From assembly GCA_963749155.1 (NCBI GenBank), contig CAVVLO010000001.1, positions 512,001 to 576,000 of the forward strand: a stretch of 64,000 bases of DNA, read 5' to 3'. Each line of letters starts with the position of its first letter. Position 1 is the stretch's first letter. Below, in pieces: positions 43,219 to 54,580 of this stretch. The DNA comes from an uncultured Armatimonadia bacterium (GTDB lineage Bacteria > Armatimonadota > Zipacnadia > CAVVLO01). A program made the translations under genes and the position numbers. The notes under the pieces are model-generated. The model made no database searches and was not told the DNA's origin. It worked only from the letters and a program-made list of their open reading frames with translations.

Positions 43219-44757
43219 TTAGCGCTGCCAGTATAGGCCTGTCCCGAAAGTCGTGTCACCCTCCCGGTGCTGGCCGAGGAGCATCAAAGCCAGGCTCGGG
43301 GTAAGCTGGTATTTGAGCATCGCCTGGATGATGGCCTCGTTGGGATCCCACATACGCGCTTCGAGGGCAAGCTGACGGCTGAGCTGCTGATAATAAGAAG
43401 CCCCGAATTCACCGCTGAATACTCCGACCTTGGCCAGCCCCTTGCCAAGTGGCAGGCCAGCCTGGAGATCCAGCTTGACTCCCTCGCCCAGGTCGCTGGC
43501 GCCCAAAGACAGCAGCCCCTTTGGCGATCCAATATCCAGTCCAAGGCGCGTCTGATACAGGTCCTCATCGAAGTTGTAGAGGCTCTCAAGGCGCGGCGTC
43601 ACTCTGAGAGAAAGGGTCGAGTCAAGGGTCGAACGAGCCTTGCCGGTGAGTTCCTGCACATCGGCGCTGGCTTTGGCGGCTGCGGCACTGGCCTCCTCGA
43701 CATTGCGCAAGGTTGAAGAGAGCCGGCTCTTGTTGTCTGGATCGACAACCAGTTCGCGCAGTTCGGTGGTCATCGCCTGGATGTCTTTGGCAGCGGTGGC
43801 AATAGTGGATGAGGCATCCTCCACATTATGAGCCGACCTCACGCCAGAGGAAGATATCTCCGACAGGTCGCCTTCGAACTGAGGATTGGTAACCAGTCTG
43901 GCCACTTTGTCTGCGGTCTCGTCGAGTTTGGCAGTAGCCGAGCGCATATTGGCGAAGGTGGCTTTCAGGTCGGTATCAAGCCCAGGATCACCGAGTTGGG
44001 CTTCGAGTGCATTAGTGGTCCGTTCGATAGAGGCCGAAGCCTCCTTGATAGACAGGGCAGAGTCTACCAAGGCCGTGCTGAGAGTAGGATCGCCTACCAG
44101 TTTGCTGGCGCTGCTGGCCGCTCGTTCGATGTGCCTGGCCGCCACTTCGATGCTGTCTAGTGTGTTTTCCAGATCGCTTTGTTTTGCCTGGACTGTAGCT
44201 TTCAGGACAGCAGTCATCACATCAATATTCTTTGTGGCGCCGACCATATGCTTTGCCATAGAGCCAAGAGAGCCTTTTACTTCCTCACTGCCGATGACTT
44301 CCGCCAGAGAACCCAGGACTTCCTCGACTCTCCCCACTACGGCAAGAATCTGAGGCGTGAAATCCTCAAGGGTGACAGGCGGGATACCCTCTATCTCATC
44401 GCCGGACTTCAAGAGATTCTTCGGGTTATCGGTGGGAGTGACAGTGACGTAGCTCTCGCCCAGGAGCGTTGGGATCTCGACAGTGAAACGATATTCTTCG
44501 TAAAGAGGGACATCCGAAGTTATGCGCAGGATGGCGACAGCCTTGCCATCCTCGAGCTTCAGCTTCTCGACATGACCTATCCCGATGCCCGAGATGCGCA
44601 CTCGGGCCCCAGAGCCGAGTCCGGCCACATTGTCGAATTTTACATAGAGGGGCCAGCCTTTCTCTTTACTAGACAGGCTTCCCCCCCACCAGAGCATCCC
44701 CACGAGCATTGCGAGGGCGCAAAGGGTGACAATACCCACTTTGATTTCGTTCGTCAT
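43219..44757 (-). CDS. mlaD: Long MlaD/MCE protein: TM anchor, MCE domain, helical rod, C-terminal beta-rich domain
   Basis: NEIKVG TM, FDNVAGLGSGARVRISGIGIGHV, LLGESYV; helical middle; ends FGTGLYWQR. Confidence 0.88.
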   Translation of the reverse strand: MTNEIKVGIVTLCALAMLVGMLWWGGSLSSKEKGWPLYVKFDNVAGLGSGARVRISGIGIGHVEKLKLEDGKAVAILRITSDVPLYEEYRFTVEIPTLLGESYVTVTPTDNPKNLLKSGDEIEGIPPVTLEDFTPQILAVVGRVEEVLGSLAEVIGSEEVKGSLGSMAKHMVGATKNIDVMTAVLKATVQAKQSDLENTLDSIEVAARHIERAASSASKLVGDPTLSTALVDSALSIKEASASIERTTNALEAQLGDPGLDTDLKATFANMRSATAKLDETADKVARLVTNPQFEGDLSEISSSGVRSAHNVEDASSTIATAAKDIQAMTTELRELVVDPDNKSRLSSTLRNVEEASAAAAKASADVQELTGKARSTLDSTLSLRVTPRLESLYNFDEDLYQTRLGLDIGSPKGLLSLGASDLGEGVKLDLQAGLPLGKGLAKVGVFSGEFGASYYQQLSRQLALEARMWDPNEAIIQAMLKYQLTPSLALMLLGQHREGDTTFGTGLYWQR

Positions 44758-45563
44758 AAAACCTCATCTCGCGCCAGAAGACTCTCTTCAACTGGCCCTG
44801 CGGGCTTACCAGTCAGGAACTGATAAACAAAGGGGTCAGGTGAAGCTCGTAACTCCTCGCTCGTACCGAAGAAGCGAGGCCTACCCTGATGCAACAACAT
44901 AATCTTGTCGGCATATTCGAGCGCGGTCTGGATATAATGCGTCACAACGACAGAGGTTACCCCGAGACGGCGCTTAAGCTCATCCACCAGTTTGTCTATC
45001 GTACTGCCGATGATGGGATCAAGACCAGCGGTTGGCTCATCGTAGAGCAAAAGGCTGGGCTCCATCACAAGTGACCGGGCGATGGCAGCGCGCTTGCGCA
45101 TCCCGCCGCTCAGTTCATCGGGATACTTGGTATCGACATCGGACAAGCCCACCAGTTGCAATTTATCGTGAACCCGGTCGGCCAATTCACTTTTGGAAAG
45201 GCGCAGATGCTGGACAAGGGGGAAAGCGACATTCTGGAAGACCGTTAGAGAATCGAACAGAGCGGCGCCCTGGAAGACATAGCCGGTCTGCAAGCGGAGC
45301 TTGTATAACTCATCGCGGCTCAGACTGGCCAGCGACTTGCCCTGGACCAGAACTTCTCCGCATTGGGGCTTGACCAGGCCGTTGAGACAGCGAAGCAAGG
45401 TAGTTTTGCCACAGCCGGACATCCCGATTACCATCAGGCTGGAGCCAGGGGGCACCTCGAAGCTCACATCACTCAGCACCTGCTGGCCGCCATAACTGAA
45501 GCAGAGATTTTTAACGGCGACGACAGGCGCCTCCGGTTTGATTGTCAGTCCATCAGAACCCAC
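44754..45563 (-). CDS. mlaF: MlaF-type ABC ATPase (start uncertain)
   Basis: GMSGCGKT, FQGAALFDSL, ELSGGMRKRAAIAR, LYDEPTAGLDP. Confidence 0.92.
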   Translation of the reverse strand: MGSDGLTIKPEAPVVAVKNLCFSYGGQQVLSDVSFEVPPGSSLMVIGMSGCGKTTLLRCLNGLVKPQCGEVLVQGKSLASLSRDELYKLRLQTGYVFQGAALFDSLTVFQNVAFPLVQHLRLSKSELADRVHDKLQLVGLSDVDTKYPDELSGGMRKRAAIARSLVMEPSLLLYDEPTAGLDPIIGSTIDKLVDELKRRLGVTSVVVTHYIQTALEYADKIMLLHQGRPRFFGTSEELRASPDPFVYQFLTGKPAGPVEESLLARDEVL

Positions 45564-46327
45564 AGCACATACCCCAGGAAGAAATTGACTATGAAGACTT
45601 GAACAATGTTCAGGACCACCGAAGAGGTAACGGCCTTGCCTACTCCCCGGGCGCCTTTGGAAGCGCCCAGTCCTCTCTCGCAAGAAGTGATGGCTATGAT
45701 GAAGCCAAAGACCGCGCCTTTGAAAAGACCTTTCAACGTGTCATCGAAAATCAGCTTCTCCTGGACGCCTTCCCAGAAACTGTAAGGATTGACGCCCTGA
45801 GTGACGGAGACGATATAAGCGCCGTAGATGCCAGCCAGATATGCGAAAGAGGTCAGCACCACCATCATCGTGACGCAGGCGATAAGGCGCGGTACGACGA
45901 GGTAGCGGACAGGATCGATGGCCAGAGATTCAAGCGCGTCCACTTGCTCGGTGACCTTCATCGTGCCAAGCTCGGCCGCTATGCTGGCCCCAACGCGAGC
46001 TGCGACAACGACCGCCGCAATGGTGGGGCCAAGCTCGCGCAATACTGTCAGCGCAACGCCCTTTCCAACATAGCTCTGTGCCCCAAGCTGGACAATCATC
46101 AGCACTGTGTGCAAGGCCATTACCGCGCCGGTGAAACCGACGGTGAGCATCACCAGGGGGATAGAGTTGGCGCCGACATGGGCCATCTGGTTGATGGTCT
46201 CCTGGCCACCCAGCTGACCGCGAGCAATCCAGGCGAAGGCGCGCCCGGTGAGGGTAACCGAACGCCCAACGAAGGTAAGCCCCGCGATGACGAAATGCCC
46301 AAGCTGGCCCACGAGGTGCTTAATCAT
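45545..46327 (-). CDS. mlaE: MlaE-type ABC permease
   Basis: RELGP, AELGTMKVTEQVDAL, YLVVPR, GARGVGKAVT. Confidence 0.94.
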   Translation of the reverse strand: MIKHLVGQLGHFVIAGLTFVGRSVTLTGRAFAWIARGQLGGQETINQMAHVGANSIPLVMLTVGFTGAVMALHTVLMIVQLGAQSYVGKGVALTVLRELGPTIAAVVVAARVGASIAAELGTMKVTEQVDALESLAIDPVRYLVVPRLIACVTMMVVLTSFAYLAGIYGAYIVSVTQGVNPYSFWEGVQEKLIFDDTLKGLFKGAVFGFIIAITSCERGLGASKGARGVGKAVTSSVVLNIVQVFIVNFFLGYVLWVLMD

Positions 46328-48044
46328 TGGCAGCACCTCTTTGAGCTGAGCCGGCCAGGCCCAATAAAGGCGCAGGAGTTTCGAGCAGAACAAAATCGCC
46401 AGGGGCAGGAGTAAGGCCAGGCGCCCAGGGGTGATAGGCAACCCCTGCGGGCGCTTCTTCGCTTTCAAGCACTACGGGCTGACTTGCGGCATGTTCGGCT
46501 GAGAACAACCGGCGCAAGGCCCATTCTTCGGGAGTAATCCATTCGGCAAAAAGTTGATTGGCGCGAGTCAGCTTGCCAAGGCGGTTTAGATAATCAGCAG
46601 CATCGGCAGCCTTGCGGGCGGCTTCAAAGGCAAGCAGCTTGCCCTGGGCGAGCCAGGCGTCCTCGTCAAGGCAGGTGGCACCGGTAAGAGCCAGGACCAG
46701 ATTCGAGGCGCCGGCAGGGGGGAGTGGCGCGTCTAGCTGCCAGGTTTTGGGCCCAGCCGGGCTAAAGACCTCTAGTGTGACCGGAAGGCTGGCAGCACTT
46801 TTATTGCCAAGGTTGATTGTGGCAAGCTGGTAAGGGCGGACAGGCGGCTTTACTTTTGCGCGCAGATCAATAGAAGTGACATCTCCAGGGGGGCCCTCAA
46901 AGGCAAGTAGCTGCGCGAGCATTGGCGTGAGCCAGTTGGCGAAATCGGTTGTAAGGTCGCCAGGGGTGCTGAAGTTCAAGGGACAAGTGGCTTCACTGCC
47001 CGAGGCGAAGTGGACGACCAAGTCGCCCTCGCAGGCGCCAGGGCCAATTGCCATCCGCACGTTATCCAGCGCATCCAGCACCGCCGCGCCGGCAAGCACC
47101 GGAGTGTAAGGGCGATGCTTCACCAGGGACTGCCTGGCAACCCGGTCTCTTCCCAGAGTGGTATCGGAAGCGTAAACAGTCAGTTGAAGCTGGGCTGGGC
47201 CTTTGCCAGTGCGGCCAAGCAAGCCCCAGGGGCTGTCGAGCGAGATGGTTCCCTCGATACCCAGGCCTCCCCCGATTTTGAAAGGACCGCCTGTGCCGGG
47301 CAGGGTGGCGACAATCCAGGCAAGGCTGAAGGGCAGCTCGCAAGCGCCTTCCTGATATAAAGAGTGGCCAAAAAAGAGCGCCTGACCGCGCTCGGTCCAG
47401 GTGCAGGTGCCGAGTGACACGGCCTCCGAGTCACCGCTCATCAGCGAGACAGCCACGGCGGCGCCGGGTTTTAGTTCAGGCGCGCCAGCAGAAAGTGGCA
47501 CAGCGCCTTCAGCCTGGATGGGGAGCAATCCGGTGGCTTTGAGTTTGGGCGCGAAAGCTTCGTAGGCATGGCGTGAGAGCCGCCCAAGACAGACTGGTGA
47601 GGCGATAGGGAGGAGACCCTCAGGTCTCTGGGCAAGGCGGTCGTCCTCTAAAAGTCTCAGCATCAGGCGCGCTGGGGTAACATAAGCATAATGGGGGTCG
47701 CCCCCTGGGATGACATAAGCCAGGGCGCCAATCAATTCGCCGTCTACGTAAACGGGCGAGCCGCTCATACCGGCCGCGATGCCACCGAGAGCGTCAATGC
47801 GCTCGCCCGAGGCGCGGACAAGGATAAGGTCTTGCTCGGGATCGTCACCGGCAAGTATCTCGACGAGTTCGACGGGGAATTCTTCCACGGTGGCGCCGGA
47901 GAAGACAGTACGGGCAAGTCCTTGCTGACCAGGCCTGAGCTGGGAGACATCCAGTATGGCCCAGGTGGTCGAGGCGCTTGCCAGTATTAGCAGGCAAGTA
48001 TATAGCAGCAGGGCGCGAGTTAGCGCGCGCAAGGCGATTGCCAA
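46320..48044 (-). CDS. Exported SpoIVB-like peptidase S55 domain protein
   Basis: Signal peptide; GIAAGMSGSPVYVDGELIGAL; FFGH. Confidence 0.8.
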   Translation of the reverse strand: MAIALRALTRALLLYTCLLILASASTTWAILDVSQLRPGQQGLARTVFSGATVEEFPVELVEILAGDDPEQDLILVRASGERIDALGGIAAGMSGSPVYVDGELIGALAYVIPGGDPHYAYVTPARLMLRLLEDDRLAQRPEGLLPIASPVCLGRLSRHAYEAFAPKLKATGLLPIQAEGAVPLSAGAPELKPGAAVAVSLMSGDSEAVSLGTCTWTERGQALFFGHSLYQEGACELPFSLAWIVATLPGTGGPFKIGGGLGIEGTISLDSPWGLLGRTGKGPAQLQLTVYASDTTLGRDRVARQSLVKHRPYTPVLAGAAVLDALDNVRMAIGPGACEGDLVVHFASGSEATCPLNFSTPGDLTTDFANWLTPMLAQLLAFEGPPGDVTSIDLRAKVKPPVRPYQLATINLGNKSAASLPVTLEVFSPAGPKTWQLDAPLPPAGASNLVLALTGATCLDEDAWLAQGKLLAFEAARKAADAADYLNRLGKLTRANQLFAEWITPEEWALRRLFSAEHAASQPVVLESEEAPAGVAYHPWAPGLTPAPGDFVLLETPAPLLGLAGSAQRGAAND

Positions 48045-48127
48045 ACGGGGTCTCCTCCCTGTTGAAAAGGCATACTAAAGTATAGCAGTTTGTGTATTTT
48101 GCTGAGGAATTGAAAGGGCTGTTTCAA

Positions 48128-48157
48128 TTGACAGTGACAGAAAAGCGAAAGTATACT
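48128..48157 (+). promoter_or_regulatory. Putative promoter of the first histidine kinase
   Basis: TTGACA-18 nt-TATACT. Confidence 0.55.
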
Positions 48158-48237
48158 GCACCAGCGATGCCCACCCTAAGGCTCGCTGGATTTGGCACCG
48201 ATAACAATACCAGCGCCGACTGGTATGCGGAGTCTGG

Positions 48238-50283
48238 ATGAGTTATCTCGCCAACTGGCAAAGTTACACCTCGCTTGCACGACTCCTGAACGGCCTGGCT
48301 CTGGTTGTCGTGGCCCTTGTGGCCCAGTTCTCACCAGAGTTTTCCGGGCCGGGCTATGCAGTGCTGGGACTGCTGCTAGCGTACTTTGTCATCTCAGCAG
48401 CACCGCAACTGAGAACCCGGGTGCAAGCGAACGCGCTTTTCCTCATAGTAGACCTTCTGCTTGTCACTTTTGTTGCATACACCGCAGGGGGACTTTCCGG
48501 GCCAGTGCCAATCCTCTACGTGCTGCCAGTGATGACGGCGGCCTGGTTGTTCGCTGATCTGACCGCGCTGCTGTTTACCGCCCTTGCGCTACTTGGGCTG
48601 ATTGCCCTGTGCGGGCTGGGCGGCTGGCAACACTGGAGTTCGCTGGCAAGCTATATGATTGCAATCCTGGGCGCTACAGCCCTGGCATACCAGCCGGCCA
48701 GAGAACTCGGCAGGCGCCAACTTGAGCTCTCTGGCCTGCAAGAGTTGATGGTCGCGATAGTCTCAATCCCAAGTCTTGAAGACACCTTGCGCGAGCTTGT
48801 GATGACCATCGGCCTGATGCTGGGCAGCGACCAGTGCGTTTTCCTCGAATATGATGCAGCAGATGGCAAGCTGAAGGCGCTGGAGCCTGTACTGGGCCTG
48901 ACCGAAGAGGAAGTCCAGCGTTTCCAGGTGGCAGAGGCCGACACGCCCCTTATGCAGGCTTTCCACGAGGGCGAAGTGAGAAGCTGGCGGAGGGGAGAGG
49001 CGGCATCTGGAGCTTTTCGACAGCTAATGGAATCGCTGGAGGCGCGTGAGTTGCTGTGCGCGCCGCTGGAGTTTGAGAATACCGCCTTCGGCGTGGTCGC
49101 CTTGCTCAATCGCGAAGCGAGAGCTTTCGATCAATCGCAGACCCAGCTGCTGCGAGTACTGGCCACCCAGGCAGGAGTCATCCTCGAAATTGGCCGGCTG
49201 CATCGACTGGTGGCAGGCGAGCGCAGCAAGTTGTCGGCAGCGCTGCAGTCACTGTCGGGCGGCGTGCTGATGACTGATCCGGCTGGCCAGATAACGATGC
49301 TCAATCCACTTGCGGCCGCCTGGCTCGATTTGCAACCCCAACAAGCGATGGGCACCAGCTTCCGGGAGCTTGCCAGTATGGCTTTTGTAGGCTTGCTCGA
49401 AGAGAGTCTGGGTACGACAGATACTGTAGCGGGCGAAATCGAATTGAAGGCGGGGAAGCTGAAAACTTCGTGCAGGTGCGCGTTGACTCGATGGTAGATC
49501 CAGAGGGACGTGTCCTGGGCAAGGTCGCTGTGATGAACGATGTCACCGAACTCAGGCGCATCGAGCGGATGAAGACGGATTTCGTCTCGACCGTGTCGCA
49601 TGAGCTGAGGACGCCGCTTACCTCCATCAAGGCTTTTGCCAGGACGCTGCTACGTGAAGACGTCGAATGGCCCAGGCCCAAACAGGTCGAGTTCCTGCAC
49701 ATCATTGACACCCAGTGCGACCGGCTCGACGCGGCTAATCAGCGATCTTCTGGATATCTCGCGCATCGAATCGGGACGGGCGCTCAAGCTGCGCTGGGAT
49801 GAAGTAAACCTGGCGGACATACTGACCTCGGTAGCGGAAGAGCAGCGCTCTTACAGCGGAAGGCATGAACTGACTCTCGAACTGCCGGAGCAGCTGCCCA
49901 GAGTGGCGGCCGACCGGGACAAGGTTGCCCAGATAGCTACCAACCTGGTTTCGAACGCCATAAAGTATTCGCCAGCCGGAGGGCAAATCCACATCAAGGT
50001 AAGCGAAGAGAGCGACCGGCTGATTATATCGGTGCGAGATGAGGGGATAGGCATACCCGAAGACAAGCTTCCCAGCCTGTTCAGCCGGTTTTATCAAGTA
50101 GATTCGAGCAGCACGCGGAAGATTGGCGGGACAGGGATAGGGCTCTTTTTGGTGAAGCATCTGACCGAGGCCCATGGGGGAGAAGTCTGGGTAGAAAGTA
50201 CTCCGGAGGCCGGATCGACTTTCTACTTCAGTCTGCCCAAGCTAACAGTAGCCGAAAGAGAAGCCCAGTTATCAGAGGGTTAA
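48238..50283 (+). CDS. Membrane sensor histidine kinase (TM-GAF-PAS-HisKA-HATPase), frameshifts near 49454 and 49727
   Basis: Three overlapping ORFs join up: TM helices, [35 protein letters not shown]. Confidence 0.88.
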
Positions 50284-50320
50284 GGGCTCCAAACACGAAT
50301 TTCTTAAGTGGGCTGGCGCG

Positions 50321-50349
50321 TTGAACCTGCCCGGAGCTTATGCTATAAT
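50321..50349 (+). promoter_or_regulatory. Putative promoter of the second histidine kinase
   Basis: TTGAAC-17 nt-TATAAT with extended -10 TG. Confidence 0.65.
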
Positions 50350-50452
50350 CCCGGCGGCTGTAGGGCGGGGGGGCCGCTAGTTTGGCTGGCGTCCGCTCTA
50401 TCAGGGGCCGGGCCTGGATGCGTGTCCAGGGTTCCAGACAGGAGGAGTGGGC

Positions 50453-52200
50453 ATGTCAGATACCCAAGACCAGAGGGAACGTCTAGACGCCGAGATGGAT
50501 TCGCTTCGCAATCGGCTTTCGGAACTTGAGAAGGAGAAAAAAGTTCTCGAGCAGGAAGTGGCGTCTTCGAGCGGCCCCGCGGTCCCGACCACAATCACTA
50601 CCAGTGGCGAGCTTGAGCGTACCCTGGGCTCACTGGTGAGGCAGACGGCGCTGATACTCCAGGCGCAGAAATGTCTCATTCTCCTGCACGACCCCGAGAC
50701 CAACGATTTCTTCCCACAGAAACCAGCTTTGCGCATCCCCGACGAGCAGCTTCAGGCAGTCAAGCTGAAGGCAACCGAGGGCATCGGCGGCGAAGTATTC
50801 CGCACTCGCAAGCCTATCCTCATTGATGATGCAGTGGGCGATGAGCGGACGGTAAAAGAAAACGTCGCGCTGCTGGGAATCAAGACACTGGCCTGCGTAC
50901 CGCTGGTCGTAAAGAAACGCGATGAGACCCAGCGAGTGCTTGAAGAGCAGCCAATAGGCGTAATGTATGTCTTCAACAAGCGCGGCACACTGCCCTTTAC
51001 GCCCGAGGACGCGCGCCTCTTGAAGTTGCTGGCTGACAACGCGGCGGCGATAATTTCCAACGCGAGAGCTTTCATCGAGATAAGTGAAGAGAAGAAAGAA
51101 CTCGAAGCCACCCTCGAGTTAATGATGGCAGGCGTGATTTTCGTCCGCAGTAATGGGCGGATCGCTGTAATGAACGAAACCGCCAGAGCCGTCTTTGAAC
51201 TACCCGATACCAACCTCCAGGGCAAGCAGTATGCCGACATCGTCGAAGAGACCAAGGTCATCGAGATGATCCAGGCGACAATGGAGCAGGGTGAGGAGAA
51301 AAAAGAAGAGATCTCCTTCACCATGACCTTCCACGGGCAGCCTACTGAAAAATTCTATCAGGTGCAGACAGCGCCTGTGCGCGGTGAAAACGGCGAGGGT
51401 ATGGTCGGCGCCGTGGCCATCTTCAACGACATCACCGAGATCAGGACGCTCGAGCGGATGAAGACGGCTTTCGTGTCAACGGTCTCTCACGAGTTGCGCA
51501 CTCCGCTTACATCAATCAAGGGCTTCGTGTCTACACTGCTGTCGGACACCGAGGGCTTCTTCGATGGCGAAACCCGGGTAGAGTTCTACACAATTATCGA
51601 TCAGGAATGTGACCGGTCTGACCCGGCTTATCAGCGACCTCTTGAACGTGTCGCGTATCGAATCGGGCCGGGCGCTGCAGATAAACTGGAAGCGTTTCGA
51701 CACGCTGGAACTGGCCAAGAAAGTCGTCAGCGTTCAGAAGAGCTACACCGACAAGCACGAGTTGCAGATAGTCGCAAAGGGCGAGATTCCGCCCATAATG
51801 GCCGATCCCGACAAGGTAGACCAGATTCTGACCAACCTGGTCAATAACGCGATCAAGTATTCACCAGAGGGCGGCACCATAACCGTGACCATAGAGCGTC
51901 AGGGCGATGCACTTCGTTATGCCGTAACTGATCAGGGCATGGGCATCCCACCTGAGCATCTGGACAAGGTATTCGACCGGTTCCATCGGATCGACAATGC
52001 CGACACACGGAAGGCGGGCGGCACAGGGATCGGGCTTTACCTGGTCGAAGCATCTGGTCGAGGCCCACGGGGGCAAGATCTGGGTAGAGAGCGATACTGG
52101 CAAGGGCTCTTCCTTTATCTTTGAACTGCCTGTGACACCGCCCAAAGAGATCCTGGAGCAGGACGAAGTGGCAAACCAGCAGCGCAACGCCGAAGGTTAA
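50453..52200 (+). CDS. Cytoplasmic histidine kinase (coiled coil-GAF-PAS-HisKA-HATPase), frameshifts near 51617 and 52046
   Basis: GAF with NK..F motif, [41 protein letters not shown]. Confidence 0.88.
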
Positions 52201-52225
52201 GGAAATACGAACGGGAACTTATTAG

Positions 52226-52256
52226 AGGCTCCCGGCTTGCCGGGAGCCTTCTGGTT
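52226..52256 (+). terminator. Strong hairpin, possible terminator after the kinase
   Basis: Perfect 10-bp stem aggctcccgg/ccgggagcct; weak U-tract. Confidence 0.55.
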
Positions 52257-52281
52257 TAGAAAGGAAAGAAGGTAGATAACG

Positions 52282-52789
52282 ATGGGCGCGGAAGACAGCG
52301 GCTGGAAGCAGCTTCGGGTGGCGCTGGCGAGTGATCATGCTGGATACGAGCTGAAGCAGGCACTGGCTCAGTATCTCCAAAGAGAAGGGCTGGAGGTTGT
52401 CGATTGCGGCGCCTACAGTAGCGAATCCACAGATTATCCCGACTGGGCATACAAGGCCTGCAAGCTGGTTATCACAGGCGAGTCGGACAGGGCGATTCTG
52501 ATTTGCGGCACCGGGCATAGGGATGAACCTGGCAGCCAACAGCTTGCCAGGCATTACCGCGGCTCATTGCAATGAAGAATACTCGGCGCGTTGCTCGAGG
52601 TCGCACAACAACGCCAATGTGCTTACAATGGGCGCCCGTGTGGTTGGCACCGGACTGGCTGCCTCAGTTGCGCAGGCCTGGCTTTCCACAGAATATAGCC
52701 ACTGCCCTCGACATACGCGCAGGTTGGCAAAGATCGGAGAACTGGCCGGACGGCTGGCAAAGGAAACAGGCTCCTCGGAGGGAGAGTAG
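52282..52789 (+). CDS. rpiB: Ribose-5-phosphate isomerase B, frameshift near 52514
   Basis: SDHAG, DYPD, ICGTG then HNNANVL, GARVVG, RHTRR in the next frame. Confidence 0.93.
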
Positions 52790-54047
52790 ATGAGCAAGCT
52801 TAACGACTTTGACCCTGAGATCGCCCAGGCAATCGAGCTTGAACTCGGTCGGCAGCGGGGCAACCTGGAACTTATCGCCTCGGAGAACTTCGTTGACGAG
52901 GCAGTACTTGAAGCCCAGGGCTGCATAATGACCAACAAGTATGCTGAAGGGGTATCCCGGACGGCGCTATTATGGCGGGTGCCAGTTTGTCGATATCGCC
53001 GAGCAGTTGGCCATCGACCGCGCCAAGGAGCTTTTCGGGGCCGAGCATGCCAATGTGCAGCCTCATTCAGGCACACAAGCGAATATGGCCGTATACTTTA
53101 CGCTGCTGAAGCCTGGCGACACCATCCTGGGCATGAACCTGGCTCATGGCGGGCATCTCTCGCATGGCAGCCCGCTCAACTTTTCGGGATTCCTCTACAA
53201 CGTGGTGCCTTACGGCGTCAGCCCCGAGACTGAGACAATTGATTATGACCAGCTTGCGGCCCTGGCGGACGAACATAAACCGAAGCTGATTGTAGCTGGA
53301 GCAAGCGCTTATCCAAGAGTCATCGATTTTGAGAAGTTCCGTCAGGTGGCGGATTCGGTAGGGGCCGTGTTTATGGTGGATATGGCCCATATCGCCGGAT
53401 TGGTCGCAGCGGGAGAACACCCCTCACCTGTGCCGCATGCGCAGTTCGTGACCACGACGACCCATAAAACCTTGCGCGGGCCGCGCGGTGGTATGGTGCT
53501 CTGCACTGAAGAATATGGCGCGCAGCTCAACAAGATGGTATTGCCCGGGATGCAGGGCGGGCCGCTTATGCATATTATCGCGGCCAAGGCCGTGTGTCTG
53601 AAGCAGGCGATGACGTCGGAGTTCAAGACTTACCAGAAGCAGATCAAGCTGAATGCGGCGGCACTGGCTTCGGCGTTGCAGGCTCTTGGATACAGACTGG
53701 TCAGCGGCGGGACGGACAACCACCTTATGCTCGTGGACCTGACGGCCAAGGGCATCACCGGCAAGCAGGCGGAACTGGCCCTCGATGAGGTACGCATTAC
53801 CGTAAACAAGAATATGATCCCCTTCGACCAGCAGAAGCCTCTGGTAACCTCGGGTGTCCGTATCGGTACGCCGGCGCTTACCACGAGAGGGATGAAGGAA
53901 ACCGAAATGGCCGAGGTGGCCGAGTGTATCGATATGGCGCTGTCGAATCTCGAGAGCGAGGCGGTTGCCAATCAGGTCAGAGCCAAGGTCGGGGCCTTGT
54001 GTGACAGGTTCCCCCTTTATCAAGACATGAGCTACACAGCGGACTGA
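52790..54047 (+). CDS. glyA: Serine hydroxymethyltransferase, frameshift near 52950
   Basis: LIASEN, TNKYAEG / [35 protein letters not shown]. Confidence 0.97.
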
Positions 54048-54049
54048 CA

Positions 54050-54580
54050 ATGGAACGAATCGGCTGGGACAGGTACTTTATGAAGATAGCCGAGGTCGTG
54101 GCGGAGCGTTCTACCTGCCTGCGACGGCAGGTTGGCGCGGTGCTGGTGAAGGACAAGCAGATCCTCGCTACAGGCTATAACGGAGTGCCAAAGGGCCTGC
54201 CACATTGCGAGGAAGTCGGTTGTCTGCGCGCCCAGCTCAAGGTGCCCTCAGGCCAGCGCCACGAACTGTGCAGAGGCCTGCATGCCGAGCAGAATGCGAT
54301 TATCCAGGCGGCGGTGCATGGCATCTCGATAGCCGGAGCTGTGGCGTATGTCACCATCACTCCATGTGTCGTATGCGCCAAGATGCTCATCAACGCCTCA
54401 GTAGGCACAATAGTGGTCTCGGAGTTTTATGCTGATAAACTGGCTTTAGCGATGCTGCAGCAGGCCGGAGTGGCGTTGTTCCGGCTGGACGAGCAAGACC
54501 AGAGAATCGATGTGCTAAGCGGATTCCAGCCCGGAGAGCTGGAAAGGGAAGCAGTGGGAGAAGTTGAACGAACTGAGTAG
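54050..54580 (+). CDS. dCMP deaminase/ComEB family protein
   Basis: [27 protein letters not shown]. Confidence 0.92.
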   Translation: MERIGWDRYFMKIAEVVAERSTCLRRQVGAVLVKDKQILATGYNGVPKGLPHCEEVGCLRAQLKVPSGQRHELCRGLHAEQNAIIQAAVHGISIAGAVAYVTITPCVVCAKMLINASVGTIVVSEFYADKLALAMLQQAGVALFRLDEQDQRIDVLSGFQPGELEREAVGEVERTE

